Origin: a virus
Virus record (IMG/VR): IMGVR_UViG_3300045988_122538
Reading direction: 5' to 3' (one strand)
DNA: 64,000 nucleotides
The translations under genes were made by a program, and so were the position numbers. The notes beneath the pieces were generated by a model. That model was not told the origin of the DNA, did not search any database, and worked only from the letters and a program-made list of their open reading frames with translations. Positions 55,060 to 64,000 of the stretch are shown one piece after another. Every line of letters starts with the position of its first letter. Positions within the stretch are counted from its first letter, which is position 1.

Positions 55060-56337
55060 ATGGATATCAAAAACATATCACTTCCTGAAATATACAAAGA
55101 AAGTGCAGATTTCAGATTCTTCTGTAAATGGTTTGAAGAAGCTCTTGGTAAGATAAAATATGACACAGAGAACTTCTTTGATCTTTATGATCCATTAAAA
55201 TGCCCAGAAGATTTACTCTGGGCTCTTGCAGATACTATGGGATACAAGTATGATGATCGCCTTCCTACATCATTCAATAGACTTGTACTATTGTATTTCA
55301 TGTCTATGATACGGAACAGAGGTAGTAAAGATGGTGTAACATTAGCTGCGGAAACTAATCTTGCACAATTTCCTATCTTAATGAAAGCACAAGGTTATAC
55401 CGATGAATATACTGTGAAACATGAAGGTAAAGAAATTTTATATAACCGACTTGAGGATACATCTATACCTGTAAACTCTGTATATGTAACTGCACATACT
55501 CCAGAAGGATATATTGATGTAGTTTACTTCTCTACTAAGATACCGTTAGATGCTTGTATTGAGTATGTAAGACCGCTTGGAATGTTTTTATTCCAAACAG
55601 CTGGAGTTCGCTTCGATACTCGTACTAAAATTACAGTAGATGCTCGTCTTACACATACAGCAGAGCTTGGAATATCTATAGGACCTACACATGTTGGTCA
55701 TTATCGCAGAGAAGATTATGCTCGTTTACAAAAAACTGTTGATCATGAAGATACTATGCCTACAAACGATAAAACTCATGTTCGTAATCCAGTTTGGTAT
55801 AGAAATAGTGACTATGAGGATGATACTTATGGTGACGGTGAATATGGTAGCGGTGCTGGTATGTATCCTAACGGTAAAGGTCCTGGTTGTGATCCTGGAT
55901 ATCGTTCATTATTCTCATTACAGATGTCAAATAATGAGGAAATAGTCAAAGCGTTGATAGATCCTATATTCAGTTTAGGATATCAGCCTCAGTCTGTAGA
56001 TACTATGGTACCAATGGATTACTTGAATCCTCCGTACAGAGATACAGATAAACCTAGAGTCAATTTACGATATGACAAACACATAGACGAATTATCAACT
56101 CCGGGTTCTGGTATCGGTAAGTATGATGTTGTTACTGTAGAACCAAATCGCAGTAAGGATATATTGAATCCTAGACCTGCTGTAAATCCTGTTATGTCTT
56201 CACTTGGTGATTCAATATCATTAAATGATACAAACACTAAGTATACAAAGGTTACAGATGCAGATGCTGGAACTATTAAATCGGCTGATGTAGTAGACGG
56301 TGATATCGTGATTGATACAAATAAATCGTCATCTTAA
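55060..56337 (+). CDS. baseplate/tail protein, P2 gpI-like
   Basis: LPEIYKESADFRFFCKWFEEAL start and the position after the gpJ-like gene. Confidence 0.55.
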   Translation: MDIKNISLPEIYKESADFRFFCKWFEEALGKIKYDTENFFDLYDPLKCPEDLLWALADTMGYKYDDRLPTSFNRLVLLYFMSMIRNRGSKDGVTLAAETNLAQFPILMKAQGYTDEYTVKHEGKEILYNRLEDTSIPVNSVYVTAHTPEGYIDVVYFSTKIPLDACIEYVRPLGMFLFQTAGVRFDTRTKITVDARLTHTAELGISIGPTHVGHYRREDYARLQKTVDHEDTMPTNDKTHVRNPVWYRNSDYEDDTYGDGEYGSGAGMYPNGKGPGCDPGYRSLFSLQMSNNEEIVKALIDPIFSLGYQPQSVDTMVPMDYLNPPYRDTDKPRVNLRYDKHIDELSTPGSGIGKYDVVTVEPNRSKDILNPRPAVNPVMSSLGDSISLNDTNTKYTKVTDADAGTIKSADVVDGDIVIDTNKSSS

Positions 56338-56365
56338 CCTTTAATAAATACATGGAGGTGTTCGT

Positions 56366-56635
56366 ATGCCTACAGATATATTCAATGAAAAATACCCTAA
56401 ATTAGGTCAAGGACCTGCTACTAAAGTAAGCGAAGATGCTAAAGTAGTAGATCCTAAAGCTAAGGCAAAAGATGATGTAGGGTTTACACATCCTAATCTT
56501 CATAGAAGAATATACACACCATCTGATGGTAGTTTACATCATAAATACGAACTAGGTATAGAAGGTACATGTTCTTACAGAACTACTGAAACAATTACAC
56601 ATGATGAAGAATCAAAAACTTCTGAAATACCGTAA
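56366..56635 (+). CDS. hypothetical protein
   Basis: 89-codon ORF with a GGAGGTG SD. Confidence 0.5.
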   Translation: MPTDIFNEKYPKLGQGPATKVSEDAKVVDPKAKAKDDVGFTHPNLHRRIYTPSDGSLHHKYELGIEGTCSYRTTETITHDEESKTSEIP

Positions 56636-56662
56636 GTCCAATATAGAAAGTAGGTGATTACA

Positions 56663-58981
56663 ATGAAGTTAGATTCAGTTCAATGTTCTAAAGATCTTGG
56701 TGTTAAATACAATGTAACATTTAAGGTGTTAGATGCTGCAACAGGAGAACTAGTATCTGAACATATTGGTCATAACCAAGCTACTAATTCAATGCTTACT
56801 GGTATAGCACATTACCTAAAAGGTGATGGTATCTTAAATCAAGCAACACATATGTTATCTCGACATATACCAAGATACATATCGCTTGGAACTATGGGTC
56901 TATTTTCTCAAGACGAAGAGATAGTAGCTGAAATTGGTGATGACGGAAAGATTCAATATGTGAATACTGGTTTACCTGCCGGTATCGGGGATAAACAATA
57001 TGAAGATGATGGTACGACAGTAAGAAGTGAGACAAGACGTTTCACTTCTTATATTGATACCATGCCTGGCTATGGTGCAGACGGATATGATAGTAATCGT
57101 AATAACAACAGAAGTAAATTAGGTCTTGGTCCAGTATTTGCAAATCGTAGTTCAGCAAACACAGAACATCCTAAAACTGTTGAATGTGAGCTTATATCGG
57201 ATACATTCCCTCGAGCTTCTATTACTTACAGAGAGCTGGTACCAGAATGTAATGCAGAAATTGCAGAGACAATTGATATCATTTATAGTGCTATGATTTC
57301 TACAGGTGCACTTGCACAGTTCAGAGAACCTGACAAGGATTATGTTTTCATAACAGAAGCTGGCCTATGGTCAAATGATGTATGGACAGACACTGCAAGC
57401 AATGGTCTATTAGCTGGTTACAGAATTGCTCCTCCTGATGAAAAGAATTGGGACATGACTGTAGCAGCGAATCGTGAACTGCTAAAGCGTAACATAATTA
57501 AAGTAAAGAAAAATCAAGTTGTACAGGTAATATGGAAGATACAATTAGGCTCTCATAGGCAACTAATTGGTAAGGATATGCACTGTGATTGTACATGTCC
57601 ATCATCTGATTGTCCTTGTCATGGTGGTAACAAGCCTAAACCTACTTATCCACAAATCCGCATAAATATTGTACAAGAAAACTGTACAATGAATATAGGT
57701 GAATCTGTTAAGCTTGATCTAGATATCATAACAACTTATGAGGACGGTACAACATCTACGGTTAGATGGACTCCTGATTCTGAGACAAAGATAATATGGT
57801 CATCTAACAAACCTTCTGTAATATCTGTTGATACAGCTGGTACAATTACATCATTAGTAGCGGGTGATGCAACAATAACTGCAAAGCTTTCTAGTGACAA
57901 TGCAATTTATGATACTTGTAGAGCTCAGAGTAAAGTAGATCTTCCTCTTGATGATGAAGTTACATCCTATGCCATTTTCTCAACTGGTAGCTTGCATCTT
58001 GGTGCTCGTGTACAGATTACTGCAAATAAACTTGCAGTTAGCGAACGATTGATTTGGGAAGCTTCTGGAAATCCTAATGGTTCTATAACTGGTACAGGTA
58101 CTGACTCATCATTTTACATTCTTGGAGAAAATACGTCTGAAGCAGTTCCTGCTATTGTATCTAGCGGTGGTAATTATTTCGACATTGATGTTTATGCACC
58201 TGAAGGTATAACACATTCGTTGTCTAATTATTCAAAACCATATGGTATATATCGTGGAGGTTCACTACACAAGTTACCGGATGATTATACGATACCATCT
58301 ATTCGATTGATAAATGTAACAGATAATTTACAAGAGTTACCTCATGTAGACGCAAGTCTAGGACATTCTGTTGTAATAACAGAAAATTGTGCTACAATAC
58401 TATCACAGGTACAACCTAGTAGCTCAAGCTCATTTGTACAGTTATCATTGTCTGATGGTAGAAAGGTATCTGGATATATTGTTGGTACAATTGAGTCTAC
58501 TGATATTGTAGCAACATCTTTAGATAATGGTGTATCAACTACAATGACATTACATGGGTATGGTTCAATACACATGAACTCATCTTCGGATGCTCAAGTT
58601 CACATATATGTAGAACCTGGTAACTATGCAATACATCAATTACTTCATAGTGGTAACTATGCTTATTTTGAGTTTGTAAGTGCTTCACCTGCAACACCTG
58701 TGTTCATGTATGTACAAGAACGAGTTCAGTTAGCAGATGATGGTTACATTATAAATAAGGGTGATACACGATCTGGATTGATATACTGTGATGGAGGAAA
58801 CTTAACAGAATCTGATGGTAGAAGTTATCCTGCATTCAGCTGCGGCACTGGTAATGAGCTGCGTCTTTATGTTGAAGCTCCTAACGGTACAATCAATATT
58901 CGTAATGATTCAGTTGTTAGAGGCTGCTTGTATGCTAACAATGTTGTAATTGGTAACGATGTACAGGTTATCATTGAGTAG
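56663..58981 (+). CDS. tail fibre / receptor-binding protein with a Big_2 Ig-like domain
   Basis: ISVDTAGTITSLVAGDATITAK (Big_2). Cys-rich CDCTCPSSDCPCHGG. Located after the baseplate genes. ATG 56663 follows AGGTGA. Confidence 0.6.
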   Translation: MKLDSVQCSKDLGVKYNVTFKVLDAATGELVSEHIGHNQATNSMLTGIAHYLKGDGILNQATHMLSRHIPRYISLGTMGLFSQDEEIVAEIGDDGKIQYVNTGLPAGIGDKQYEDDGTTVRSETRRFTSYIDTMPGYGADGYDSNRNNNRSKLGLGPVFANRSSANTEHPKTVECELISDTFPRASITYRELVPECNAEIAETIDIIYSAMISTGALAQFREPDKDYVFITEAGLWSNDVWTDTASNGLLAGYRIAPPDEKNWDMTVAANRELLKRNIIKVKKNQVVQVIWKIQLGSHRQLIGKDMHCDCTCPSSDCPCHGGNKPKPTYPQIRINIVQENCTMNIGESVKLDLDIITTYEDGTTSTVRWTPDSETKIIWSSNKPSVISVDTAGTITSLVAGDATITAKLSSDNAIYDTCRAQSKVDLPLDDEVTSYAIFSTGSLHLGARVQITANKLAVSERLIWEASGNPNGSITGTGTDSSFYILGENTSEAVPAIVSSGGNYFDIDVYAPEGITHSLSNYSKPYGIYRGGSLHKLPDDYTIPSIRLINVTDNLQELPHVDASLGHSVVITENCATILSQVQPSSSSSFVQLSLSDGRKVSGYIVGTIESTDIVATSLDNGVSTTMTLHGYGSIHMNSSSDAQVHIYVEPGNYAIHQLLHSGNYAYFEFVSASPATPVFMYVQERVQLADDGYIINKGDTRSGLIYCDGGNLTESDGRSYPAFSCGTGNELRLYVEAPNGTINIRNDSVVRGCLYANNVVIGNDVQVIIE

Positions 58982-58993
58982 GAGGTGTAGATA

Positions 58994-59341
58994 GTGGACG
59001 AAATTGTATTTACTCCTGCAGCTGTATTAGATCTTTTAACACAGATTGAAGAGTTGAAAGATTATGAAATCGGAATTAAGGACGGAGTGTCTGGCAAACT
59101 TCAAGTAACCGTAGGCGAATCGGTTTACACTATTGATACAAACAACGTTGCTGAGGTTCATGTAGATGAATCTACAGTTAATGATGTAGAAGATGTAAAT
59201 CAAGACGCATATTCGTCAATGTCAGATTCAGGTGAGGTTGAGCTTGAACCTATAAATTCGGGCATTATAAAACAATTTGCTAAAACATTACTTGTAGGTG
59301 GGCTTGTTCGACTTACATCTAAGATTTTAAGTAAGGAGTGA
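58994..59341 (+). CDS. hypothetical acidic protein
   Basis: 115-codon ORF with a GTG start 8 nt after GGAGG 58981-58985. Confidence 0.5.
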   Translation: MDEIVFTPAAVLDLLTQIEELKDYEIGIKDGVSGKLQVTVGESVYTIDTNNVAEVHVDESTVNDVEDVNQDAYSSMSDSGEVELEPINSGIIKQFAKTLLVGGLVRLTSKILSKE

Positions 59342-59346
59342 TTCAT

Positions 59347-60708
59347 ATGAAAGCTAATGTGAAGAATGCTAAACCTATTAACGCCGCATCATCTTCTTCT
59401 CCTATACTTGGTACCTATGAAGGTGAAGCACTTGATACTAACATCACAAATAACAATGGTCTTGATATTACTTCTGAAGTGATTGAAGCTGTACTTGAAT
59501 CTGAGGATTATGCTGTTGGTATTGAAAATGGCTGGTTCATTGGATTCTTAGGACATCCAGAAGATCCAAATTGCATGGACTTCAAAGACGGTTGTATTGT
59601 GTTAACAGATATGGAACTCAATTCAGATGGAAAAGTACATGCGTCATTTAATCTACTTGATACACCTGTAGGTCGGGTTGTAAAGACCTTACAAGATGCG
59701 GGTGTCAAGTTTGGTATATCCATAAGAGGTGCAGGTGACATCATTGATCAATCTGTAGATCCTGATACATTTGTATTCAGGGGTTATGACCTTGTATCAT
59801 TTCCTGCATATCCAAATTCCATTCCTACATTCACTGAAATTGCAGCTTCTACAAACATTGAAACTCAGAAGAAATACAAAGCTGTATGTGCAGCTGTAAG
59901 AAAGAATCTTTCTTCTATTACAAGTGCATCTACAATTAATGTCATTCAGTCACAGTTTGCTCCTCAGTCAGAAGAATATGCTATGATGAACCGTAGAAAA
60001 GCTGAGATTGAAAATTGTCAAGATGATAACCTTGATATCAGTGATCAAAAGATTGAAGCTATGACACAGTTGTATTTAGATACATTACAAAATGTATCTG
60101 TACTAGCATCACAGCTTGAATCTATGAAACAACGTAATGCTGCTATTTCATCTGCTTCACGTAGAAAAATATCTGCATTGAAGCGAATTACAGCAAGTCA
60201 ACTGCATGATGCCTTATCTGGTCTAGATAGCGTAACAGCTTCATGCGACGAGTTGAAGCATAAGAATGCTATCTTATGTGCACAGTTAGCAGACCAAAAA
60301 GAAGCTAACCTTATATATAAGCAGAAGGTCGAAAACAGTACAAATGAACTCAAAAAGAAGAACAAAATTATTGCAAGCTTACAATCTGAGCTTCGTGAAA
60401 CCGTCACAGCAAGTTCAAAGATTAAGGCGAGCGCATCTAACCTGGGTGTAACTAATGATGAACTTCAAAATGAGCTTCTAGTGTGCAAGAAACAGCTAGG
60501 TGATTTCCAAAATGCGTATGCAAGTATGTATGCAGCAGCTCTCGGAGTTGACCTAGCACCTATGTCTATTAAATCATCTACTTCTGTAGACGAATTGCAA
60601 GATATTGTAGCTGGTGCTACCAACACTATAAATATGCCGTCTGCAGTTACTGTAGAACCAGTATACCTTGATGACGAAGTAGACAATGATGACCTTGCAA
60701 CATTGTAA
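59347..60708 (+). CDS. putative prohead protease / scaffold fusion
   Basis: The N-terminal FLGHPEDPN...DGKVHASFNLLDTPVGRVVKTLQDAGVKFGISIRGAG resembles prohead protease cores. The C-terminal half is coiled-coil and Gln/Ser/Ala-rich. Lies directly upstream of the MCP. Confidence 0.45.
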   Translation: MKANVKNAKPINAASSSSPILGTYEGEALDTNITNNNGLDITSEVIEAVLESEDYAVGIENGWFIGFLGHPEDPNCMDFKDGCIVLTDMELNSDGKVHASFNLLDTPVGRVVKTLQDAGVKFGISIRGAGDIIDQSVDPDTFVFRGYDLVSFPAYPNSIPTFTEIAASTNIETQKKYKAVCAAVRKNLSSITSASTINVIQSQFAPQSEEYAMMNRRKAEIENCQDDNLDISDQKIEAMTQLYLDTLQNVSVLASQLESMKQRNAAISSASRRKISALKRITASQLHDALSGLDSVTASCDELKHKNAILCAQLADQKEANLIYKQKVENSTNELKKKNKIIASLQSELRETVTASSKIKASASNLGVTNDELQNELLVCKKQLGDFQNAYASMYAAALGVDLAPMSIKSSTSVDELQDIVAGATNTINMPSAVTVEPVYLDDEVDNDDLATL

Positions 60709-60717
60709 TTTATTCAT

Positions 60718-60727
60718 AACCTTATAT
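60718..60727 (+). promoter_or_regulatory. AACCTTATAT box (candidate promoter element)
   Basis: Exact 10-mer, 32 nt upstream of the MCP start. Confidence 0.35.
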
Positions 60728-60759
60728 GTATCTAAATAAATAAATAGGAGTGATTCCAA

Positions 60760-62241
60760 ATGGCAATTAAGAGAACAACTCGTAAGCCGACAGCATCTCG
60801 TTCTCGTATGATCAACCGTAGACCGATTACTGCTGGCACAAGTATTACTTCTGGTGTAAGAAGCAAGCAAGCTCCTAAGTCTAAGGTAATGGCAAGCTTC
60901 AATGCACTGAACCCTGCACAGAAGGCATTTGTTCGTCAGTTGCAGGCAACTTCTCGTAGACATGCATCTATCATGGGTGCAACTAATACGAGTAACATCG
61001 CAGCAAGACCTGAATTCATGGAACTTCTTCCGTTATTTGTACAGAAGCTCTTGATTCTTGATGTTTTTGGTTCTGTTGCAATGAAGTCTAGACAGCAGAT
61101 GATTCCATACTTCAAGTTTATCGCAGAAAACACTAAGGGTGAAACTCACGCAGGTGATATTCTTTCTAGCCCAATGGTTCAGCGTCAGGGTCTAGATCCA
61201 AATTTCACAGGCAGAGTTGTTAAGAACGAAGTTATTGGTTCTGGTGTATTAACTGCAACTGCTAACACTGTTCTTACTTCTTTCGCTTATTTACCTGTTC
61301 TTCCAGGTTCTGTTACAATTGAGACTAACATCAGCGGTACTACTACATCTTATGTAGATAACGGTATGGGTGAAATTCTCGACAGCACTCAGAAGACTAT
61401 TGCTACAATTGATTACAGCACTGGTGAAATTACACCTACTACTGATGGTGCAACTCCACTTACACTTGCTGATGGCGATACAATGAGAGCTACTTATCAG
61501 TATGATAACGAGACAGTAGGTCCAAATGCACAAGGCGATTATGGTGCTCAGATGGGCAAGGGCTATTTACAGCTTGATGAATTCAACTTAATCGCTGAAG
61601 CACATCAGCTTGCTTGTTATTGGTCTGTATATTCTGCTTTCGCAGCTCAGACCGAATACGGTAGCAACATTGCAGATATTGCAAAGGAAGCAGCTTTTTC
61701 TGAACTTACTGCTGAAATCAACACTAAGGGATTCCAAGAACTTGCAAAGGCTGCAAGCTTCAAGCCGCAGTATAACTGGGACGCATCTCCTGTACTTTCT
61801 GGTTCTGTTGTTCCTTCTGACTATCTGAACATGTTCAAGCTCAAGCTGAATCAGGCATCTTCTGCTATTTATCAGGCAACTAGACTCTCTCGTGGTAACA
61901 GACTTGTAGTCGGAACTAACGTAGCTGCTTATGTTGCAATGATTGATGGTTTCGCTGCTGATAGCACTGAAGATACTGTTGGTCCGTACAAGGCTGGTCG
62001 TCTTGATCAGATGGAAATCTACGTTGATCCGTCTTATGATCCGAACAAGTGGGTAATGTGCTGCAAGTCTAACGACATCAGACGTAACTCTGCACTATTC
62101 GGCGAATATATGCCTTTCACTGATACACAGGCAATTGGTCTTGCTAACTCCAGCGTTCAGCAGGGCTACGCTACAATGTATGCTATGAAGGTTGTAAACC
62201 CGGCGACCGTTGTCAGCGGTAAGATCACAGGCGTATTTTAA
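60760..62241 (+). CDS. major capsid protein (with a basic N-terminal propeptide-like region)
   Basis: 493 aa with the strongest expression-type codon bias in the window. LILDVFGSVAMKSRQQMIPYFKFI resembles the conserved vQpM..p.g.i segment of T4/SPO1-type MCPs. Follows the protease/scaffold-like gene. Confidence 0.8.
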   Translation: MAIKRTTRKPTASRSRMINRRPITAGTSITSGVRSKQAPKSKVMASFNALNPAQKAFVRQLQATSRRHASIMGATNTSNIAARPEFMELLPLFVQKLLILDVFGSVAMKSRQQMIPYFKFIAENTKGETHAGDILSSPMVQRQGLDPNFTGRVVKNEVIGSGVLTATANTVLTSFAYLPVLPGSVTIETNISGTTTSYVDNGMGEILDSTQKTIATIDYSTGEITPTTDGATPLTLADGDTMRATYQYDNETVGPNAQGDYGAQMGKGYLQLDEFNLIAEAHQLACYWSVYSAFAAQTEYGSNIADIAKEAAFSELTAEINTKGFQELAKAASFKPQYNWDASPVLSGSVVPSDYLNMFKLKLNQASSAIYQATRLSRGNRLVVGTNVAAYVAMIDGFAADSTEDTVGPYKAGRLDQMEIYVDPSYDPNKWVMCCKSNDIRRNSALFGEYMPFTDTQAIGLANSSVQQGYATMYAMKVVNPATVVSGKITGVF

Positions 62242-62289
62242 TCAATACCCTCTGGTATCTAACATAAAATAATATGGAGGTTATGCAAA

Positions 62290-62700
62290 ATGGCAACTAC
62301 CTATAAAGTTAAAATTATATACAATGGTCCTGCAAATCCTGAAAACATTCGATTTGTATCTCCTATCTGCCCTGTATACTGCCCGTGTAACAGTTATGTT
62401 GATACGGCAGCTTATAAGGACACTTGCTATGATACAAACATTGAAGGATTCGGCAAGATTGATGTATTAGAACCTTATGCTTCTACATCATTCCCGTTCC
62501 CTGTACCGCTTTCTCAGTTCAAGATTGCTGTTATCGGCAAGCCTGTTAGTGCTGAAGCACCTAACGGTCCTAAGTATGTTGAATTCAACGTTGATTCTTA
62601 CATGGAAGCATTCTGGTATACACAAGCAGGTATTGCACTTGCTGATCAGGGCTTCGTTGTTGAGATCACTACTCCTAGCACAACTGAAGGCGGCAAGTAA
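62290..62700 (+). CDS. hypothetical protein (capsid-associated/decoration candidate by position)
   Basis: 136-codon ORF with GGAGG 9 nt upstream and expression-type codons like the MCP. Confidence 0.55.
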   Translation: MATTYKVKIIYNGPANPENIRFVSPICPVYCPCNSYVDTAAYKDTCYDTNIEGFGKIDVLEPYASTSFPFPVPLSQFKIAVIGKPVSAEAPNGPKYVEFNVDSYMEAFWYTQAGIALADQGFVVEITTPSTTEGGK

Positions 62701-62742
62701 GTTATCAACAAAATTATCTATTTGTAAGGAGGTCTATCAGAT

Positions 62743-63453
62743 ATGACTATAGACGAAGTTGTTAGTCAGGTAGCATTTATGTTAGGCCTACCTGCAAATA
62801 ATAATGTAGAACAGCTTGATATAAGAGAAGCTGTTAACATAGCATTTCGTGAGTTAAAGAGATACATGAAGACTCCTGTAGATAAGACTGTACCATATGC
62901 TCCTAGATTGGACTTGGTAAAGCTTGGTATCAACACTAAAAGGGTCTTGAATGTGCAAGCAGCATATCCAAGGCTAGGTCTTACATTAGGCTCTATAGAA
63001 AGCGGAAACGTCTTTCAAGTAGCAGCATCGGTCAATACATCTAGTACCGGTAATTCAGGTACATCGATCAACATTGACCCTATAATGAATGAACTAGCAC
63101 TTGCACAAGTTCGAAATTGTCTCGCAACTGATTTCCAATGGAAACACGATACACTTAACAAGGTAGTCTATTGTGCGCACAGGGCTCCTGTACCCGCCGC
63201 AGTTACAATCCGATATGTACCAATATATCAAGATGTATCTGAGATCGAAAGTGATACCTGGATAGACTATTTAATAAGGATGAGTGAGGCTAATGTGAAA
63301 AAAGCATTAGGTCGTTCTCGTTCTAAATACAAAATCGACGGGTCTAATGTTTCACTTGATGGCGATACTCTTCTAAATGAAGCTAACGCAGAGCTTGAAG
63401 CTATTCGCAATGAGCTTAAGGAGAAGGGTAGTAAACTTGTCATCTTAAATTAA
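62743..63453 (+). CDS. hypothetical head-module protein
   Basis: 236-codon ORF with an AAGGAGG SD. Confidence 0.55.
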   Translation: MTIDEVVSQVAFMLGLPANNNVEQLDIREAVNIAFRELKRYMKTPVDKTVPYAPRLDLVKLGINTKRVLNVQAAYPRLGLTLGSIESGNVFQVAASVNTSSTGNSGTSINIDPIMNELALAQVRNCLATDFQWKHDTLNKVVYCAHRAPVPAAVTIRYVPIYQDVSEIESDTWIDYLIRMSEANVKKALGRSRSKYKIDGSNVSLDGDTLLNEANAELEAIRNELKEKGSKLVILN

Positions 63454-63484
63454 ATTTATTTGTAATTACAAGGAGGAAACGCAT

Positions 63485-63823
63485 ATGTTCATTCAGAAGA
63501 AGAGAGGTTCCAGAAGAGTAATGGCTGAAACTGATGTAGCTCCGGAAGCAGCAGAGTTGCTGTTCCAGGCTGAAGACGTTGCTGAGCTTGTTGCAGAAGT
63601 AACTGGCGAAGTTGTTGAAGTTGAAGCTGACGACCAGGGTGAAGCTGTTACATTCAATGTAGGCGACGATGCTTTCACTGTTGAAGCAGAAGGCGACGAG
63701 GAAGCAGTTGAATCTTCTACTCGTGTATCTCGTTCTAAGAGACCAGTTTCTGCATCTACCAGACGTGGTGCTGTATCTAGAGGCCGCAACGGCAGAGTTG
63801 TTCGTAAGGCTCCTCGTAGATAA
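63485..63823 (+). CDS. hypothetical protein with an acidic N-terminal two-thirds and an Arg-rich C-terminal tail
   Basis: AAGGAGG SD. ...AEDVAELVAEVTGEVVEVEADDQGE... is followed by SRSKRPVSASTRRGAVSRGRNGRVVRKAPRR. A terminator follows. Confidence 0.6.
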   Translation: MFIQKKRGSRRVMAETDVAPEAAELLFQAEDVAELVAEVTGEVVEVEADDQGEAVTFNVGDDAFTVEAEGDEEAVESSTRVSRSKRPVSASTRRGAVSRGRNGRVVRKAPRR

Positions 63824-63850
63824 GACAATCGTTAAATAACATGTACAATC

Positions 63851-63890
63851 AAAAGGCTTCTAGGCATTTGTGCGTAGGAGCCTTTTATTA
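63851..63890 (+). terminator. rho-independent terminator
   Basis: AAAAGGCTTCTAGG / CGTAGGAGCCTTTT stem with one mismatch and one G-U pair, followed by ATTA. The T-run is part of the 3' arm. Confidence 0.7.
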
Positions 63891-63909
63891 CAATTTGAGG
63901 TGATTTATA

Positions 63910-64000
63910 ATGAATGTTAAACGACAAAAACGTCAACCTATTGTAGCTGAAAGTACATTATCTAAGCTGACTAACTTCTTAAAGAACATTTCAGAAAAGC
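63910..64000 (+). CDS. partial ORF (5' end), hypothetical basic protein
   Basis: ATG 63910 lies 5 nt after GAGGTGA. The frame is open to the window edge (MNVKRQKRQPIVAEST...). Confidence 0.4.
   Translation, partial: MNVKRQKRQPIVAESTLSKLTNFLKNISEK

Noticed and set aside
63493-63828. 111-aa minus-strand ORF mirroring 63485-63823
   Set aside because: It is a shadow ORF of a compositionally biased (GAA/GCT/GTT-rich) sense gene. The sense gene has AAGGAGG and a downstream terminator in the + orientation, and nothing else in the window is on the minus strand.
1-64000. Searched by eye for tRNA or other ncRNA genes, CRISPR arrays, integrase/repressor lysogeny genes, reverse transcriptase/DGR, homing endonucleases, introns and transposases
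   Set aside because: No intergenic gap exceeds about 165 bp, and those gaps are occupied by promoters and terminators. No ORF showed the corresponding motifs. Absence can only be stated for this window and by eye.

Overview
This window is a contiguous 64-kb piece of a large, probably virulent, contractile-tailed dsDNA phage. I saw no integrase, repressor, tRNA or CRISPR array. Every credible gene (about 75) is on the + strand and tightly packed, and almost all have strong AGGAGG-type Shine-Dalgarno sites. Those sites, sigma-A consensus promoters and Gram-positive-type wall hydrolases (CHAP, M23, amidase_2, LysM) point to a low-GC Firmicute host.

Gene order:
- 0.2-20.7 kb: replication, recombination and nucleotide metabolism. 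DnaB helicase, RNase HI, DnaG primase, dCMP deaminase, DEDDh exonuclease, DHH-DHHA1 phosphoesterase, a sigma-like protein, gp32-like SSB, family-A DNA polymerase, beta-clamp-like protein, Cas4-like nuclease, gamma/tau, RecA, PD-(D/E)XK resolvase-like protein, delta-like and delta-prime clamp-loader subunits, and a possible TGT/DpdA-like protein.
- 20.7-25.3 kb: small genes of unknown function behind consensus promoters.
- 25.3-33 kb: packaging and neck. TerL, a catalytically dead LigA-like protein, and a putative portal.
- 33-59 kb: tail. Sheath, tube, chaperone-like ORFs, tape measure, LysM protein, hub-like protein, three consecutive multi-domain wall hydrolases, gpV/gp25/gpJ/gpI-like baseplate proteins, and a fibre.
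- 59-64 kb: head. Protease/scaffold-like protein and major capsid protein.

The most interesting observations:
- the pseudo-ligase in the packaging operon;
- the tandem DEDDh plus DHH-DHHA1 pair, a possible cyclic-oligonucleotide eraser;
- a duplicated consensus-promoter cassette of about 85 bp with a 5' hairpin;
- a recurrent A(A/T)C(C/G)TTATAT box upstream of many operon starts, together with a phage sigma-like gene;
- a complete bacterial-type clamp and clamp-loader set paired with a PolA-type polymerase that carries a C-terminal extension;
- a Cys-tailed protein next to a papain/C39-like protein;
- eight predicted wall-degrading domains within the baseplate module.

All functional calls come from reading motifs by eye. 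No database search was run.
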